DNA of 64,000 nt, taken from positions 19,267,028 to 19,331,027 of the forward strand of contig CM082576.2 in the NCBI GenBank assembly GCA_040954595.2, read 5' to 3'. Below, piece after piece: positions 1-13,849 of this stretch. The translations under genes and the position numbers were made by a program. The first letter of the stretch is position 1; every line of letters starts with the position of its first letter. The stretch comes from Balanoglossus misakiensis. Lineage: Eukaryota; Animalia; Hemichordata. The notes beneath the pieces are model-generated. The model worked only from the letters and a program-made list of their open reading frames with translations, ran no database searches and was not told the DNA's origin.

Positions 1-169
1 GCCGGGTGGTAGCTGCCGTCAACATACTCGGACAGGGGGTGTGCACACAATCGTGCAGATTTCCAACTAGTTACCAGCCCCTTGTTAGACTCTGAAAACG
101 GCTTAGTCCAAATCGGGGTGTAATGTCCTATAAAGGCCCATAGCAACGAGCAAAAAGATCCCAGGGACC

Positions 170-2286
170 CATCTTAAAACTGTACATATTGCGTCTAAAA
201 ACTTCACCAAGTGACAATACATGTACATGGTTTGTAGCAAACATACCCGATGCACAGCAAAATGGCGGAAGACCGAGAAATCTTCTCCAAACATTATTGT
301 ACATAGTTTTAAATTTTTTCATCGGTTTAACTTTAAAGGATGCCCACAAACTGCAACAGTAAATATTACTACAATATGCCAAAAATAAAACTTTCTTCAC
401 ATCTTGACTACAATGTTGAAAATGTCTCAATAGCATGTTTGCTCTTACACAAAATGCTCTTCTCTGTCGTTCAATATCTTCATTATCACAACCATCACAA
501 GATATAACATGGCCCAGATAGGTGTGTACAGGTACAAACTTTAAAGTGATGTCATTAAGTTTAACCGAAGGAATTCATTGAACGCTCATATTCTTCCCAT
601 TAAAAAGCATGCACACAGTTTTACTAGAATTATAAATGATATCATAATCCTTGCCATAAATTTCACAAATTCTAAGAAGACGGCGTAGACCCTTAATACT
701 TGGACTGAGTAGAGTCATGTCGTCAGCGTAACCTAAAGTGTTAGCGCTGACACCAGACATGGTACAGCCAACTTTGGCTTTACAGAGTGCATTGATAATA
801 TCATCAATGTAGACATTAAAAAGATAGGGAGAGAGTACCCCCCCTTGTCTTACACCGTTAGAAACAGAAAACAACTCTGAGGGTTCATTACCCCACAACA
901 CAGTAAACAATTGATTTCTGTACCATTAATATAAAATTCGTACAGCATACAAGGGAACATTCCTGTCGATGTGCTTGTTAATTATAACCAGTTTAAAGTG
1001 ATTAACTCTGTCAAAAGCTTTTGAAGCATCCAGAAAACAAGTAAACACTGGTCTTCCATTGCTGGTGTAGTAGCTAATGATTTCTTTAAATGCAAATAAA
1101 CACAGGTCAGTTGAATGTTCTCGCTTGAAACCAAATTGTAAATAATGAGAGGTAAGAAACTCCTCACAACGAAAAAGTAAAATATGCTCAAAAACGTTAG
1201 AGAAAACAGTTGCTAGTGCTATCGGCCGGTAGTTACTGGCATCACTACAAAGCTTAGTTTTATCCTTAATAATTGGAACTAAATTAACATTGATAGCCTC
1301 AGTTGGCAGGTAACCATGAACAATCATTGCATTAATACAACAAGTCAGAAAGGGTAAAATAGAGGAGTCTGAGAATTTGAGGTGCTCAGCTAAAATATTG
1401 TCAATGCCAGCTGTCTTACCGTCAGGTAACTTATGTATAGCAGAAATTACTTCGTCTTCAGAAACATACATATCAGAAGAAAATTTAACATACTTCATTT
1501 TCTCCTCGATGTCATTTTTACCAGTCTGAGCCTGGACAGAATTCAAAATATCACTGAAATGCTTGTGCCACATAATTGCAATTTCACTCTCACCAGTCGC
1601 TCCACCTACAGTGTCAGAAAGCGGCGTTTTTCTGCTAGTTTGCTTTCTGACTTCCTCCCAGAAGTCGTTCTGTTTGTGGCAGCGTAAATTATCAGCCATC
1701 TTGTCAGCCCTATTTTGATTCTCAATCTTTTTACAAGCACGTAAAGCATACTAAAAACGAGCTCTGGAAGATTTCATGGTTTCAAAAAGCGGGCCTTGTT
1801 TAGGTTTACCCACATTAACCCATAATAAAAACATGGAACGGGCATAGTCGTGACTTTCTTTTACAAAATCGTTCCAGCCAGGCACAACATGAACTTTCTG
1901 GTGAAACTTACGTCTAATGGTATCTTTTGCAGCACAATTCAATGCGTCCACAATACTACTATAACAAGTATCAATTGCCTGTAAATGCGAAGGGTCTGTA
2001 CAGTTCACATTAGTGCAGAATAACTCTTCGGATAAATTAATCTTATCAATCTTGGCTTTGGTACAACCGGTGTAGGCGGATATATTCTGCTGTGACAATT
2101 TTTTCCAATCAACTGGAAAATTACATTGCTTGAAGGAACTACTGCTGAAGCTTTCATCAGCAGAAGTGTTGAAATGAACCTCTATTGAAACAGGAATATG
2201 GTCGGAGTCAACAACATTGCAAAGACTCGAAATTGAAAGAACATTGCTATGAGAAATTTCAGTGGTAACACAGTAGTCAATCCAAA
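170..2286 (-). mobile_element. Decayed, 5'-truncated non-LTR retrotransposon (LINE, probably RTE-X clade): end of APE endonuclease plus reverse transcriptase
   Basis: Minus-strand fragments read WIDYCVTT...DSDHIPV (APE C-terminus, ~2190-2285), VPGWNDFVK...WVNVGKPKQGPLF, NYRPIALA, QFGFK, CFLDASKAFDRVNH, GVRQGGVLSPYLFNVYID and YADD. The frame is broken by stops (e.g. 1751-1753) and frameshifts. The clade call is from remembered motif pattern only. Confidence 0.9.
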
Positions 2287-2439
2287 CTCAGCGTAATTCA
2301 CTAAAACGCCCTAACACAGCCTGAACTCCGATAATGTGTTGTCCCAAAATTCATTCCGTGGAAAATAATCACTGGTCTGTTTACGTATTTCAGCCGATTT
2401 TCCAAGGACTACTGCAACCCGCCAGAAGTGAGTAGCCTG

Positions 2440-2886
2440 CTAATGAGATCTCCACAACATAACGTAATGACGGTCAAAGTCCGATGCCCCAGTGTCCGTC
2501 CTCAGCCCACCAAAAAAAGCGAAAAAATATTACAAAAATCTTCTTCTCAAAATCGACGTGGCCTAGGACCTTGAAATTTGGCACAGGGGATTTTGGCCAC
2601 ATGGTCTACAAAAATCGCGAAAAGAATTTACATGCCCCCATTAACGTGCAAATTAGGTCAATTTGAAAATTTCGCTCGATTATAGCAACAAAGTCACGTG
2701 ACTAATTACAAATTCAAAGGGCTGGTGCACCAGTACTATGGGCCCCAACCACCGTGCCAAATTTGGAAGGCGCACCTGCCGGAATTTCAGAGAAAAACGG
2801 GCGCAAAAAAACGACTCAAGATGAAAGAAGACAAACTCCAGCAATAACAGAAGGGGACCAAGCGCCTGAGGGCTCTTGGTCCCCTA
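2440..2886. mobile_element. Non-autonomous repeat fragment ending in a short palindrome (Helentron-associated type)
   Basis: Core-repeat-like text (aaaatcttcttctc, tgaaatttggcac) resembles the element at 17018-17764; palindrome ggggaccaag...cttggtcccc at ~2852-2884. Confidence 0.45.
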
Positions 2887-3624
2887 AATATGGGACTAAA
2901 CTTGACAGATACCCGGAATATTTTCCTATTCAGGATACCTGGTTGCATTTCCACCTAAATGCGTCCTATTGGCGTGGAAATTGTATAACTTGAAATCGTT
3001 TGACTGGGTGATAGGTATTAATATCTTATGATGTTATAAAACACTTGGCTCGCCGAAGGTATGGACCGATTATAGCGTCAGTCGTGTCATACAATCTATA
3101 TGAACGTCATGGGTCAATAAACTTGATGGTCCAATAAAATTCAATGGTTAGTAAAACTATTGTGTCCAATGTCTGCAGAGTATACTGGCTGCAACATGTG
3201 TATGAGTCAGGATTAATGTCTGTAGCCATCAACCCAAAAGGTGAACGTCCTATTCTCACTAACTTAAATAGGTTTTGCGACCTAGTCTAGTTATAAAAAC
3301 CTTATGATAAAGTCGACACAATTTCAAGATGACGATGTGCAAATGAGAGTTCATAAGCTAAAGTAAAGTTCAATGAATTCTATACAAAGTTCAAAAAAGA
3401 TTGTTTACTAAAGGAAGACATGAAAAAACTGATATCGTCTCTTCATATTCGTACATGTCCAACTGTTGTGATTTGACCCCTCCCCCCCCCCAGGACATGG
3501 TACATGAAGCTATTACTTAGTACACACTTAAACAATTGGCATTTGAAGTGCCTTGCTTGACAGTGTTTAATGCGGTGGTCAGTCGCGTTTATCTCTCGCC
3601 ACTTCATGCATCATGTCGCCTTAA

Positions 3625-3921
3625 AGGGGCAAACTCTCTCTCCCGTCGCCCTTTTCTATTAATAATGTTTGATACAAGACACCGTTTATATTAATGGGCA
3701 TGTGTATATGTAGTGAATGAACGTTCAACCACACACAACTTCCATCCTGCTTGTATGATATGAGAGTAAAAACTCGCCCAAAATGAATAAATGGTAGAGA
3801 CCGATTTTTCAGTTTGGCGAGTTTTCGCTCTCGTGTCTACATGCGGGATGGAAGGTGTGTGCGGTTGAACGTTGCATCACTATATATCCACATTTACATT
3901 AACATAAACGGTGTTTTGTAT
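3625..3921. mobile_element. Partial copy of a TTAA-flanked palindromic MITE (Kolobok-type), same family as 4716-5006 and 57343-57689
   Basis: TTAA at 3621-3624, then aggggcaaactctctct; internal sequence matches 57343-57689; right TIR is missing. Confidence 0.75.
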
Positions 3922-4315
3922 TGTCATTTCTTTTAATCGTGGATTTTCGTTTCTGATTTGTATGTATAATGAAAATCCATTTTGGGTCACTGCACTTGTT
4001 TTCGACTTTAAACAAGGCCGTGAATTTAGTCGATAATTGAAGAAAACTGCTGACGGTCAGCATTTTCTACCAATGGTTTGCCTATGGATACAATATTGAA
4101 CAAAGTTTATCTCAAAATAGACCGTGGTGAATTTATTTTGATTTGTCGGAGCTATGTGTAAAATTTCCTGAAAATGACAATAATAGAAGGGAGTTTTCTA
4201 ACTATTATCCATGTACTCCTATGGGAAGAGACACAGGCGCACAGTTTACCAGTTGACGTTCTGCGCGTACATCATTGAGTGTACTGGCAGCTAACTTATT
4301 GTTTATTTGTAACAG

Positions 4316-4373
4316 CAATTGGATCTTGGAGCACTGTTTGGAACACCCTTTGTGAAATATGAATGTCCAGAAG
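4316..4373 (+). CDS. uif-like exon: linker and start of C-type lectin domain
   Basis: tgtaacag|...|gtaagt; QLDLGALFGTPFVKYECPE(G); ends in phase 1, in frame with the 5074 exon. Confidence 0.75.
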
Positions 4374-4715
4374 GTAAGTTGAATTGACCCTAGCCCTTTC
4401 ACCAACATGGTTCAGTCAAAACCAATTGTTTTCTATGGTAATGTTGGACCTCTAAAGAGGAAACGGGGGGGGGGGGGGTGATGAAAGGTTTAAGACTTAC
4501 AGATCACAACTTAAATAGCCATTCAGAAAGAGGCTTAGAGTGGAGTATCAAATCGGACGATACCACTGACTGGTGGAGGAAGACAAAATAAGCAAACTGA
4601 GTAGATGAGTGCTCAGATTTCTTCAGAGGACCAAACGTTTCAAAGAATTATACGTGACAATCCATGCCTGGTCCGTCAGTAGATATAAACAGAACATTGT
4701 GGCTGTATTCATTAA

Positions 4716-5006
4716 AGGGACAAAGTCTCTCTCTCGCTGCCCTTTTTCCATTAATTATGTTTGATACAAGACTGCGTTTATATTATTCTACATGTGGATA
4801 TAGTGAATCAACGTTCAACCATACACACCTTCCACTCCGCTTGTATAGACACGAGAGTTTTAAAAAGTCGCCAAAATGAATAAACGGTCTCTACCATTTA
4901 TTCATTTCGGGCGGGTTTTTACTCTCGTATCATACAAGCGGGATGGAAGTTGTGTGTGGTTGAACGTTCATTCACTAACATAAACGGTGTCTTGTATCAT
5001 GTCCCT
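4716..5006. mobile_element. Kolobok-type MITE, internally deleted copy
   Basis: TTAA(4712-4715)|agggacaaagtc ... tgtccct|TTAA(5007-5010); palindromic interior; homologous to 57343-57689. Confidence 0.85.
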
Positions 5007-5073
5007 TTAACACTTTTGAAGCATTTTACTAATGCTAACATGACTAGACCAATTGAATGATGTTACATTGCAG

Positions 5074-5155
5074 GTTATCAACTCAGAGGGGCGTCTTGTT
5101 ATAAAGCGGTACCTGACAAACAATCAGCTGGCAACGCTGAAAATACCTGTCAGTC
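5074..5155 (+). CDS. uif-like exon: C-type lectin, N-terminal part
   Basis: cattgcag|...|gtaagt; GYQLRGASCYKAVPDKQSAGNAENTCQS; phase 1 to 2, matching both neighbours. Confidence 0.85.
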
Positions 5156-5784
5156 GTAAGTATGAAAGTATACATCATTTGAGTAGAATTTTATGGGAGA
5201 TCCTAACAAGGCTTGGACATGTCACGCACAAATACAAAGGGCGCGTATAAAGACAGACAAAACCTCGCTTAGTGTGAGGTGTTCAGCGATTGCATCTGAT
5301 AAGTCGAAAATGCTTGATCACATGTCATGTTCAGTTGGGAAATTGGATATGTCTCAGGCCAAAAAAACTAATATGTGCTATTCCGATTACATGGTTTTCA
5401 AAAATAGGGTAGGTAGAAAGGGACATTTTTTTATGTTTCAATTTTTTTATATCTTTGGCCGTCGTAGTGTAGAAGAATGACATCATAGTTCTTGCGTGAT
5501 TCTCGCAATTTTCATGAATTGTTGTATATTTGACATCGTTATTTTTACTTCCGGTTTACGAAGATCTAAACTGTTTTGGGTCGGCGGGCTAAAATTAGGG
5601 TAGTTCGGGTAATCGTTATGACATTGGGAGCTACGGCTGCAAAGCCATGTGTCTCGTGCGAAAAGGGCCCTTAACCTTTTGCAATATTTAACAGCAAACA
5701 ACAGACAGTTTTGAGAATAAAAGGTTTCCGTCGTGTCTGACTTTCATATCGCATTAATAGCATATCCCTAAATTTAAAGAAATT

Positions 5785-6030
5785 AGGAGAGACAGAGTGA
5801 AACAGGCAGAGTGGCAGACAGACACAAGCAGACAGACAGAGCAACATTCATCAGTAGAGACACTCATCGGTCGCTCGCTCGCTCGCTCGCTCACTCTCTC
5901 TCTCAGAGAGAGGGGGCAGACAGTCAGACAGACCGACGTTGACAGACAGTCAGTAAGTCAGTCAGCCAGTTAATCAGTCAGTCAGACGTCAAAGACACAG
6001 TGACACAAACACAGCGAGGGAGACAAAAGG
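5785..6030. repeat. Degenerate compound microsatellite (GACA)n/(TCGC)n/(GTCA)n
   Basis: Directly visible tetranucleotide runs. Confidence 0.8.
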
Positions 6031-9000
6031 ACCTTTCATGCTTAAACCCCTGTTCTTCTGTTATAAACTTTGAAAACCGTTCGTTTTCAGACTGCAGATT
6101 GCTCGAATAACGCGACACACTGCCGAAACAATAAAACAAATACTAGTGGGAGCTCATAAAATAAAATCGCTCAACCATTCCGTCGTCCTGAGTGACCTCA
6201 GCCACATTAATTCCGACGTCTTTTTAGGGTCATGAAAAAAGTCACAAATAAGGTATTTCCCCTAGGTCCACCTGAAGCAAAAAGTTTTCGTTTCGACTCC
6301 ATCATTCCGAATAGTAAGAAAGCAACAAAATTGAAAAGACAGATGTAAAATGCACTCTCTCTCACGTGGTAACGTTTGTAACTATGGCAATCACGGTACG
6401 TGTTCAGTACACAGACAGGGAGAAAAGTTTCTCCATGCAATACATGTGTTCAGTAAGGTTTGACCTTGGTTTTACTTTGTACCATGATCGCCGCTTTCTA
6501 AGCATGGATGAACGACGGCGGTCAGACCCAATCGAACCCTTTCATGTCAGATGACCACGGTATCTCCACTGTGAGATGACATTTGACAAACCATTTGATT
6601 TCAACAAAATCTTCGCGTCGTCAACGCGTCGCATACCAGTCGCATATCGGTATTTACCCAATCATAAAAGTTGGAAATTCGGGAGACTCGATCTGCAACC
6701 AAGTTGAGAGTAAATTTTGACGTTTGACTATTGGCAAGTAAACAGGTTACACAATGACTTGTCGGTTTTTCCTCCGTCATGGTCGTTCTCGACCCAAGTC
6801 CCCCCTCCCAATGTCCTTCCTTGACATTTAGACACACCTTGCGGTATGACCTTGGTGGTCATGTGCAATTAGTTTTCTTGTATAAAAGCTTTTCATGCCG
6901 GGGTAGACGACTTGTGCGTGGATCATCAACATTTCAGTGATATTTCAACGCAAAGTTTTAGCAATATTAAGAAAACAGGTAGTGAGGTGTCAAATGCATA
7001 TCAATGTACGAAAATTAGGTCAAGCCACCCGACAGCAACCGCTTTCACACAGTGTCGGACGTTGCACGGAATGTGAAACGTTACACTGCTTCGGCCGTTC
7101 ACATGCACCTGGGCGTGGGTTTGATTGATGGTCAAACGCCCCCACTTACTTTGGGCGTTTTCAATGGTAAATGTGTCGTATTGATCGAAACCTTGCCGTA
7201 AACACATTTTTTTTGCTGAATCAACATTCAGAGTTCAGCCGTCTAGTTAACGAAGTATTGAAGTAAGCCACTTGTTCATCATTTTTTGTCTGTCAAACGT
7301 ATTTATTCGGAAAGGGACCGGCCGCCAATGAGGGGTTTAGGGAGCCCACACGTACACTCTGGTACCTGGACAATTAACATAGACATGTCGTGTGTACCGT
7401 CCGGTTCGAAAAGATTGGTTTAAGGTAGTCCTGGTAACAGTCATCCTAACGAGGCCAGGGGAGGTCTCCAAGGGCGAAATAAACATAGCTACCGATGACG
7501 AGTCGAATTCGAATCGGACGATGCTTGTTCATAAAAGGCACAGACATAAAGCTTCGAAGTTTTTTGTCTGTGTAGTAAAGATACGACTAATCAGCCTATA
7601 GTGTAACCGTAGACCCTGGAGAAATACCAGAGCACAGCACAATGCAGCAAATGGAGTGAAACAAGAACAAAGCTTAGTCTTTGCCGCAAACAAAGCTAAA
7701 TCACATATTGACACTCCAAATAGAAGCAAGACAGCCGGGGGGGGGGGGGGAGGCACAGTTGTAGATCGCGGTGTTGACCCGCCCCTTCCACATCCTGTAG
7801 ATGTTTGTGCGTCCAAGGCATTTTTGATAAAATATAGACTTTTGTTTTTAGCTCGAGTGTGGCCTAAGTATATCACCGTTCACACGAAAAATGTCTGTCT
7901 TTTTCAAAACGTTGTATTATACTTCTGTGTAATTTGAACTCTAATACAAGTGACAGTATTAGAGGACAGATTTGGCACAGACAAAATTCGTATTAACAAA
8001 CCACATAGAAAACGTCAAAATGGAGCGATTTATAAAATGATCAATTCCACGAGTTTGCAAATTAAAGTTAAAGAGATACAGTTTCATTGGGTGGATCACT
8101 ATCCTAGAGCGGTCTGGAAGCATGGGTGGATTTTTACCTGGTGTTTGTTTACCTGGTAAAAATAGGCTATTGTTCTCCCCTGCTTTTCATAGCGGATTTT
8201 TTAACACGTCTCCTCGAGATCAAACATTAATGAGCGATTAAAAGCGCTTCGTATACTTTTTGTGGGTCGAGTTGTGTTTTTCGTTTTATTTGGTCATTAA
8301 TTCGATCAGAATGGATTGTTTATTGTTGTATTGTTAAAAGCTTGGATTTTATGTTTCAGTTGTGCAGAGTGCTTAAGTATGCTCGACTTGCGTGGCAATT
8401 CTGCATATTTGGAGCATTCTTTGGAATTTAATTGATTTGGACATGAGTTTGTTGTTTGGTTGGTCATGGAACAACACGTGACATTGTCTGCATGACATTC
8501 TTTAGGGTGTTCCAATTCTGTAAATGACATGAGGTGGTTACATCGGACCATATATGGCTGAGATGAGAACATATGGCGGCGCTCTTTTTTCGCGTGTGCC
8601 ACCCACTAAAAATCTGTGATTGGCTACATCTCAATTTGCCATGGTAACTATAGCTAATTTTCCATAGGTGACCGTATACCTTTAATTGCCTGTTGGTACA
8701 AAACAGCACTCTCCCCGAGTCTAGTGAAACATCATTTTGGGGGATCTGGATTTCGTGTTCATTATTGCGTGACTGATACGGCGGGTATCGATTGGAATAG
8801 GCCCTATCGTTAAAATAGAAGTTCATTCTTGTCGGGCGACCCAGGAAGGCATAAGCTTGACGTGCCTAAAGTTTGTCGGACATTGTTCGACCATCACGGC
8901 TGCAAATTGGTTTAAGTTCGACCCTGGGCCCGGTGTAGCCTGCTCCAATAGAAATGGAGAAATTAAGTATAAGGCAACAACCCGAATGTGCCACTTTTTC

Positions 9001-10734
9001 ACTCACAGCATCCCTCTAAAACCACAGTAAGTGATAAAACAAAAGGTTAGGTCGACTTTTCATGTCCTTATGCGCATGAAAAGAAAAGAATGAGACAGGG
9101 TCAATGAAGTCTAGTATCGTGTCTTCGTGCACACGAAGACGCCCGAGCCGTTCATCATCATGGTATTCCTCGTGGAATCTCTTGGCAAGTGCATGGCGTG
9201 TACCGAGTCAGAACATGTAAATACTGACTTCTGCCATAGACGTACCAGGTGCTTCGACGAGTTGGCCTTCGGCATTGTGGTTTTTTGGCTTTTCTAGTGA
9301 AGCCGAAGGCCAAAACCAAGGACCGTGACTAAACTGAAAAGCCCCCACCCCCCCCCCCCATCTCCCCCCCCCCCCGCCCTCACCAGTTTTTGTAGTACAT
9401 ATGTTCTTCATGCCTACCCCAATTCTACCGCTGGCTGCGCTGTCACAGTGACCTCAAGCCAGGTCAAATTTGAGCTAAAAGACAAGTTCCGTCTACATAC
9501 TCATGAATATTTCTTGGTTTCTTCGCGTATAAACTCAGGAATACTATGCCCCTGAAGCCTCGGCTGGCTTTGATGCACGTTATCATGTTTTAATTAGTCA
9601 AAGACCCACAGTAGCAAAGTAGGTAATTGTCTTTTTTTCACGCGTATCCTTTGGTCATATATTCTGCCTGCAGCCCCCAGCCCTTGCTGCAGTTTGAAGC
9701 CCCTCCATCTCCCCTGAACGAGTTTTGGTTTTGCCGATTGAAGTTGAATAACTGGGGAAAACGTAGGCAAAATCGACAAATACCGCGACATCCTTTGCCA
9801 GGTAAGCGCTGTATGGGTTCCGGGACCGATTTGGCGAAAAAAGTGTGGAAAATTGTGGACTGGAGACGTCTGGAGTGTAGAAATTCGCTCCGGGCCCAAA
9901 TCCCGGTCGCTCGTTGTGCGGTTTAGAATAGCTGGGACCTGCAGCCCCGCAAAAACAAAAATCGTCCAGGGGAGATGGAGGGGCTGCAAACTGCAGCAAC
10001 CCCCAGCCCCACATTCGCTGATATAATTGTCACGTTCCTCGATAGTTATTATAATTTTTAGTTAGAGACGGCCTTGTAGACTCGGAATTGTAGACTAGCG
10101 ACGGCTCAGCTGGCATATCGTATATACTTTTTCTGTTACATTGCCGACCGGCCCGGCGCAACTACCGAGGAAAGATACGGGTGTGCTCGTGGGAATTGTC
10201 AACTACCCGTTCATCGTTCGACTGCTCAACACAGATCATTGATAACACAATGTCACATTTCGAACTAATTTTGAAATTCTGGATAAATTCTCCAAATATC
10301 CTGTTAATCTGGGATTTTCTTCCATCACCTTGATGCAACTGTATCAGAATTTGTCTTTTAAGTTTATTCACACCAAAAAAAAACAACAACAGCCATTTCC
10401 TGGAAATTGTCATGTTTTCTCTAAAAGAAATAAGCTGAACTTTTTTATTCAAAGGAAACGTTCAGCAAATTTTTTTCTCCCCAAAATTCAGGTGAATTTT
10501 TCACAGATTCTTTTTTCCCAGAAATTCTGCCGAAATCTACACTAATCACACACTTATTGGAAAGGTGTAACACAAAATATAGACTTTACAAACAAAAATC
10601 TAATGTTATACATTTATGAACCTCTTATTCACCAATATTAAATGTTTTCAAAGAGGAAATGTATTATTCACGGACTGGAATTTCGAAATTAGTTTGGAAC
10701 ATGTTTGATGTGTTATAAATTGGTTTATTTTCAG

Positions 10735-10853
10735 ATTTTATGGTGGGCACTTGACAGTAATTGAGGGTTATTCTGAAAATCGTTATGCTGGAGCAGAGAT
10801 TGTAAACCAGATTGAAGAGACTTCCAATGAAACAGCGAACCATGGTTGGATTG
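10735..10853 (+). CDS. uif-like exon: C-type lectin, middle part
   Basis: ttattttcag|...|gtgagt; FYGGHLTVIEGYSENRY...HGWIG (typical CLECT GGHL..I...EN and WIG motifs); phase 2 to 1. Confidence 0.9.
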
Positions 10854-11298
10854 GTGAGTGTGTCTTTTAACAGTGTTTGTCAGTGTTCCCAAATAATTTG
10901 TGGGTGTATCAAGTGTAAAAAATAACTGGTTTTGGAATTTGACAGTTTACAAGTAAGCACTGCATAGTAACACTTGAATGATAATTGTCTCAAGATGGTA
11001 ATTGAAAAGCCTATTTTTTACATCTCAATAACCTCACAAAATCTTGCTATTAAGTGACTCTGTATGCAGTTTTTCATCCAGATGGAGGGATGAGGGAATT
11101 CGCCCACTGTCAGCATGTTGGCACCCCCCTAGAAATTTGTCAAGGGGGAAATGGTGCCCCTTACAGACTCAGCGATGTCACTCATTCCCCTCCTTGCAAG
11201 AGTGCAACTATTCAAGCAAAGGGGGACATATCCCCCCCCCCCCCATCCTGGATGAAACACTGCTGTATGCATCTTCTTTCTTTATTTCCATTTTATAG

Positions 11299-11514
11299 GA
11301 TTTAGTGGACCCAATCGAGATGGCAGTGTGGAATATGATTATTCAGATGGCAGGAAAGGTAGTGTCTTTGATGGTCGATGGGCAGACACAGAACCTGATG
11401 CCTCCACTGGGCAATGTGTGAGGTTAAACCTCTTTGAAAATAATTACCCATTGTATCATGCAAGATGTGATGATGTCAGTCTGTCAATGTGTGAAGTAGC
11501 AGCTTGTGCTGAAG
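11299..11514 (+). CDS. uif-like exon: C-type lectin, C-terminal part
   Basis: ttttatag|...|gtaagt; GFSGPNRDG...YSDG...WADTEPDASTGQCVRL...CDDVSLSMCEVAACAE; phase 1 to 1. Confidence 0.9.
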
Positions 11515-11627
11515 GTAAGTCTGATTCAAATCAGCTAGAATCTTCCCTTACTCGCATCAGGTCTTTACTTTTCTCGCACTGCTGTAGTCACCTCCCAATA
11601 TATATACTAAGAGAGAGTGTGTGCAAA

Positions 11628-11910
11628 AGAGCGGGAGGGAGAGGCTGGGAGGGGAGAGTGAGAGGGGAGGGAGAGAGAGCTGGAGAGTGACAGGGAGGGA
11701 GGGAGGGATGGTGGTAGTGAGGGAGAGGGGGAGAGAGAACTAGAGGGAGAGGGAGGGGTAGAGGGGGGTAGGGAGGGAGAGAGAGCTAGAGAGGGGTGGG
11801 AGGGAGGGAGAGGGGCGGGAGAGGGGAGGGAGAGGGGCGGGAGAGGGGAGGGAGAGAGCTAGAGAGGGAGGGGGAGGGGGTGGAAGGGAGGGAAGGAGAG
11901 AGAGTTAGAG
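11628..11910. repeat. Polypurine G/A-rich low-complexity tract, (GGGAGA)n-like
   Basis: About 280 bp almost entirely G and A on the + strand. Confidence 0.9.
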
Positions 11911-12113
11911 TCCCCTAAGCAATACAAGATATACTTGGAAGAGCTCACCACTAAAAGTTAAACAAGGGGGATCAGATCATGTGATGTCTCCTTGGGTGCA
12001 GAATGGTGTTATATTTGAAATTCAAAATTGAGGCCAGTTGTCGCTAGATAATTCCACTCATTAATTGTATGGTTATGTTTACTTAACAATTTCTTTTACA
12101 CTATTTATGTAAT

Positions 12114-13580
12114 AGAGAACCACCGACCCCGAAGTGGTTCTTGGTTTCTAATTGCCGAGGGCCGCAAGCCCGAGGCGATTGGAAACCAAGAACCACTGAG
12201 GGGGAGGTGGTTCTCTGACTTAAACCACGACCCCCCACAGACATTGTCACCATTGGAGCTTCGTGTACCACAAAGACGTCGTTTTACTCAATGATTCAAT
12301 AAAATGAACGAACAAAAGCTTATCAAAAGAGGCTTATTCTTCATTGCTGACTGTGAAATTTGGTTGGCCACCCCTTTTCCTATAAATGAATCATGTCGTG
12401 GGCAGGTAGTTCTAGACCGCCCTGCTGGGCCTTACAAGATCGCCCACGCTTGACAGGTGTTACTCTAAATGTTCATGCTTACGTGTCAGAGTGATATGCT
12501 AATTTCAAACACTAATTTGCATCAAATTAAACTTTACAGGTGTGTTACGTAGTGTATTATGGGAAGCGTTACAGCTATTGGGGTTTTGCGTGCACATGGT
12601 AAGCTTACGCGAAAATTTTCTAGGCCAAATGCAGAAGGCCTACATGTAAGTGTCACGTTTTTTTTTTATTTTCCTTCAAATGTCCATGAAATCGATCTGA
12701 AGATACATGTAGTTCCGATCTATATCATCTGCGAAAACAAGCGGCTACATGTTGGTAAAGCAAAAACCGGGTAACAATGCTCTACATGGTACTACTGCCC
12801 GTCTGTGTATTGGCCTCCCTGGCTTTTGAACGAACCACTCTCTACGAGCCACAGCGGCAACACGTCTGTATGGTAGCGATATTGGTGAGTAACTCATCTG
12901 CGAAAAGACTTGATACCGAAGTGAATCCGTCCGACATTACAAACCCACGTCTGGTGAACAGCAACAAAAAGTAAGCAGAATTTTGCAAGGTACGCGGGTT
13001 TTAGGCCTAAAACAGCCAACCTTGTTACATGTCGGTAGTGAAGCAAAATCGAAGTGAAGCATCTGGTTAGAGTAATACAAGCAAATCTGGGGATAATGTG
13101 ATTTAGTATAATTTTCTAGAAATTTGTAGTTAATTTATTGCAACGTTAGTTTGTTTCTGGTGAATTGATTTTTGTCTATTTTATACTTTTATTATCATGT
13201 TATGAAGACTCTCGAGAGCCACCAAGACATTAGCTTTGTACGTCAGTAGACAAACTGTGAATGTGAAGCATTGAATGAAATGATCCGGAGACTGTCGCAT
13301 ATCCAGTTCGCTTTCAATTAACATAACAATTACTCTATTCAAATGAAATGTACTTTGAATACAGGTATAGAAGTAAATGTAATGATGCAAATAAAGCATT
13401 GTGTATTTGTATTTTTGTTACGACAGGTGAGACTGAGTCCTGCGGTAGTTCTAGAACCCCCGGAGGTAGTTCTAGAACTACCCGGGACTTGGTTTTAAAC
13501 CTGTGGTTTTGTGTGAGACGGAGGTTCTCTCAGTGAATGACTTGTCTATTGAATAGTGTGACGTCACGATCGTGGTTTAA
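12114..13580. mobile_element. Non-autonomous element with a terminal ~100-bp hairpin and short inverted repeats
   Basis: Hairpin agagaaccacc...ggtggttctct at 12114-12216; IR pair ttaaaccacga (12220-12230) / tcgtggtttaa (13570-13580). Confidence 0.6.
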
Positions 13581-13658
13581 TTGTATGATCATCTCCTTTG
13601 CAACTAAAGACTACTTTTGAACCGTCAGCAGAAAGTCTGATCCTCAAAGAATTTTGTA

Positions 13659-13849
13659 CTGTAAACAGGAAATTTTCGCGAGCGATACATTTTTGCGAAC
13701 TATGCGAGAGCCAAAAAAACGCGAAAATAAACAAGTTGTGTAAAAATGTTTTTCGAAGATAGCAATGCCGTGAAATATGAGAATGCGAAAATCAATCATC
13801 GCATAACAGTTGCCACTTTTGATATCATGAAAAATTTCCTGTTTTACAG
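13659..13849. mobile_element. TA-flanked MITE with CTGTAAA termini (Tc1/mariner-type target site)
   Basis: TA|ctgtaaacaggaaatttt ... aaaatttcctgttttacag|TA; related copies at 18126, ~18380, 18805, ~21630 and 45475. Confidence 0.8.

Noticed and set aside
3100-3300. Candidate signal-peptide or start exon for the uif-like gene
   Set aside because: No ATG-led hydrophobic ORF with a phase-0 donor was found; the start may lie outside the window.
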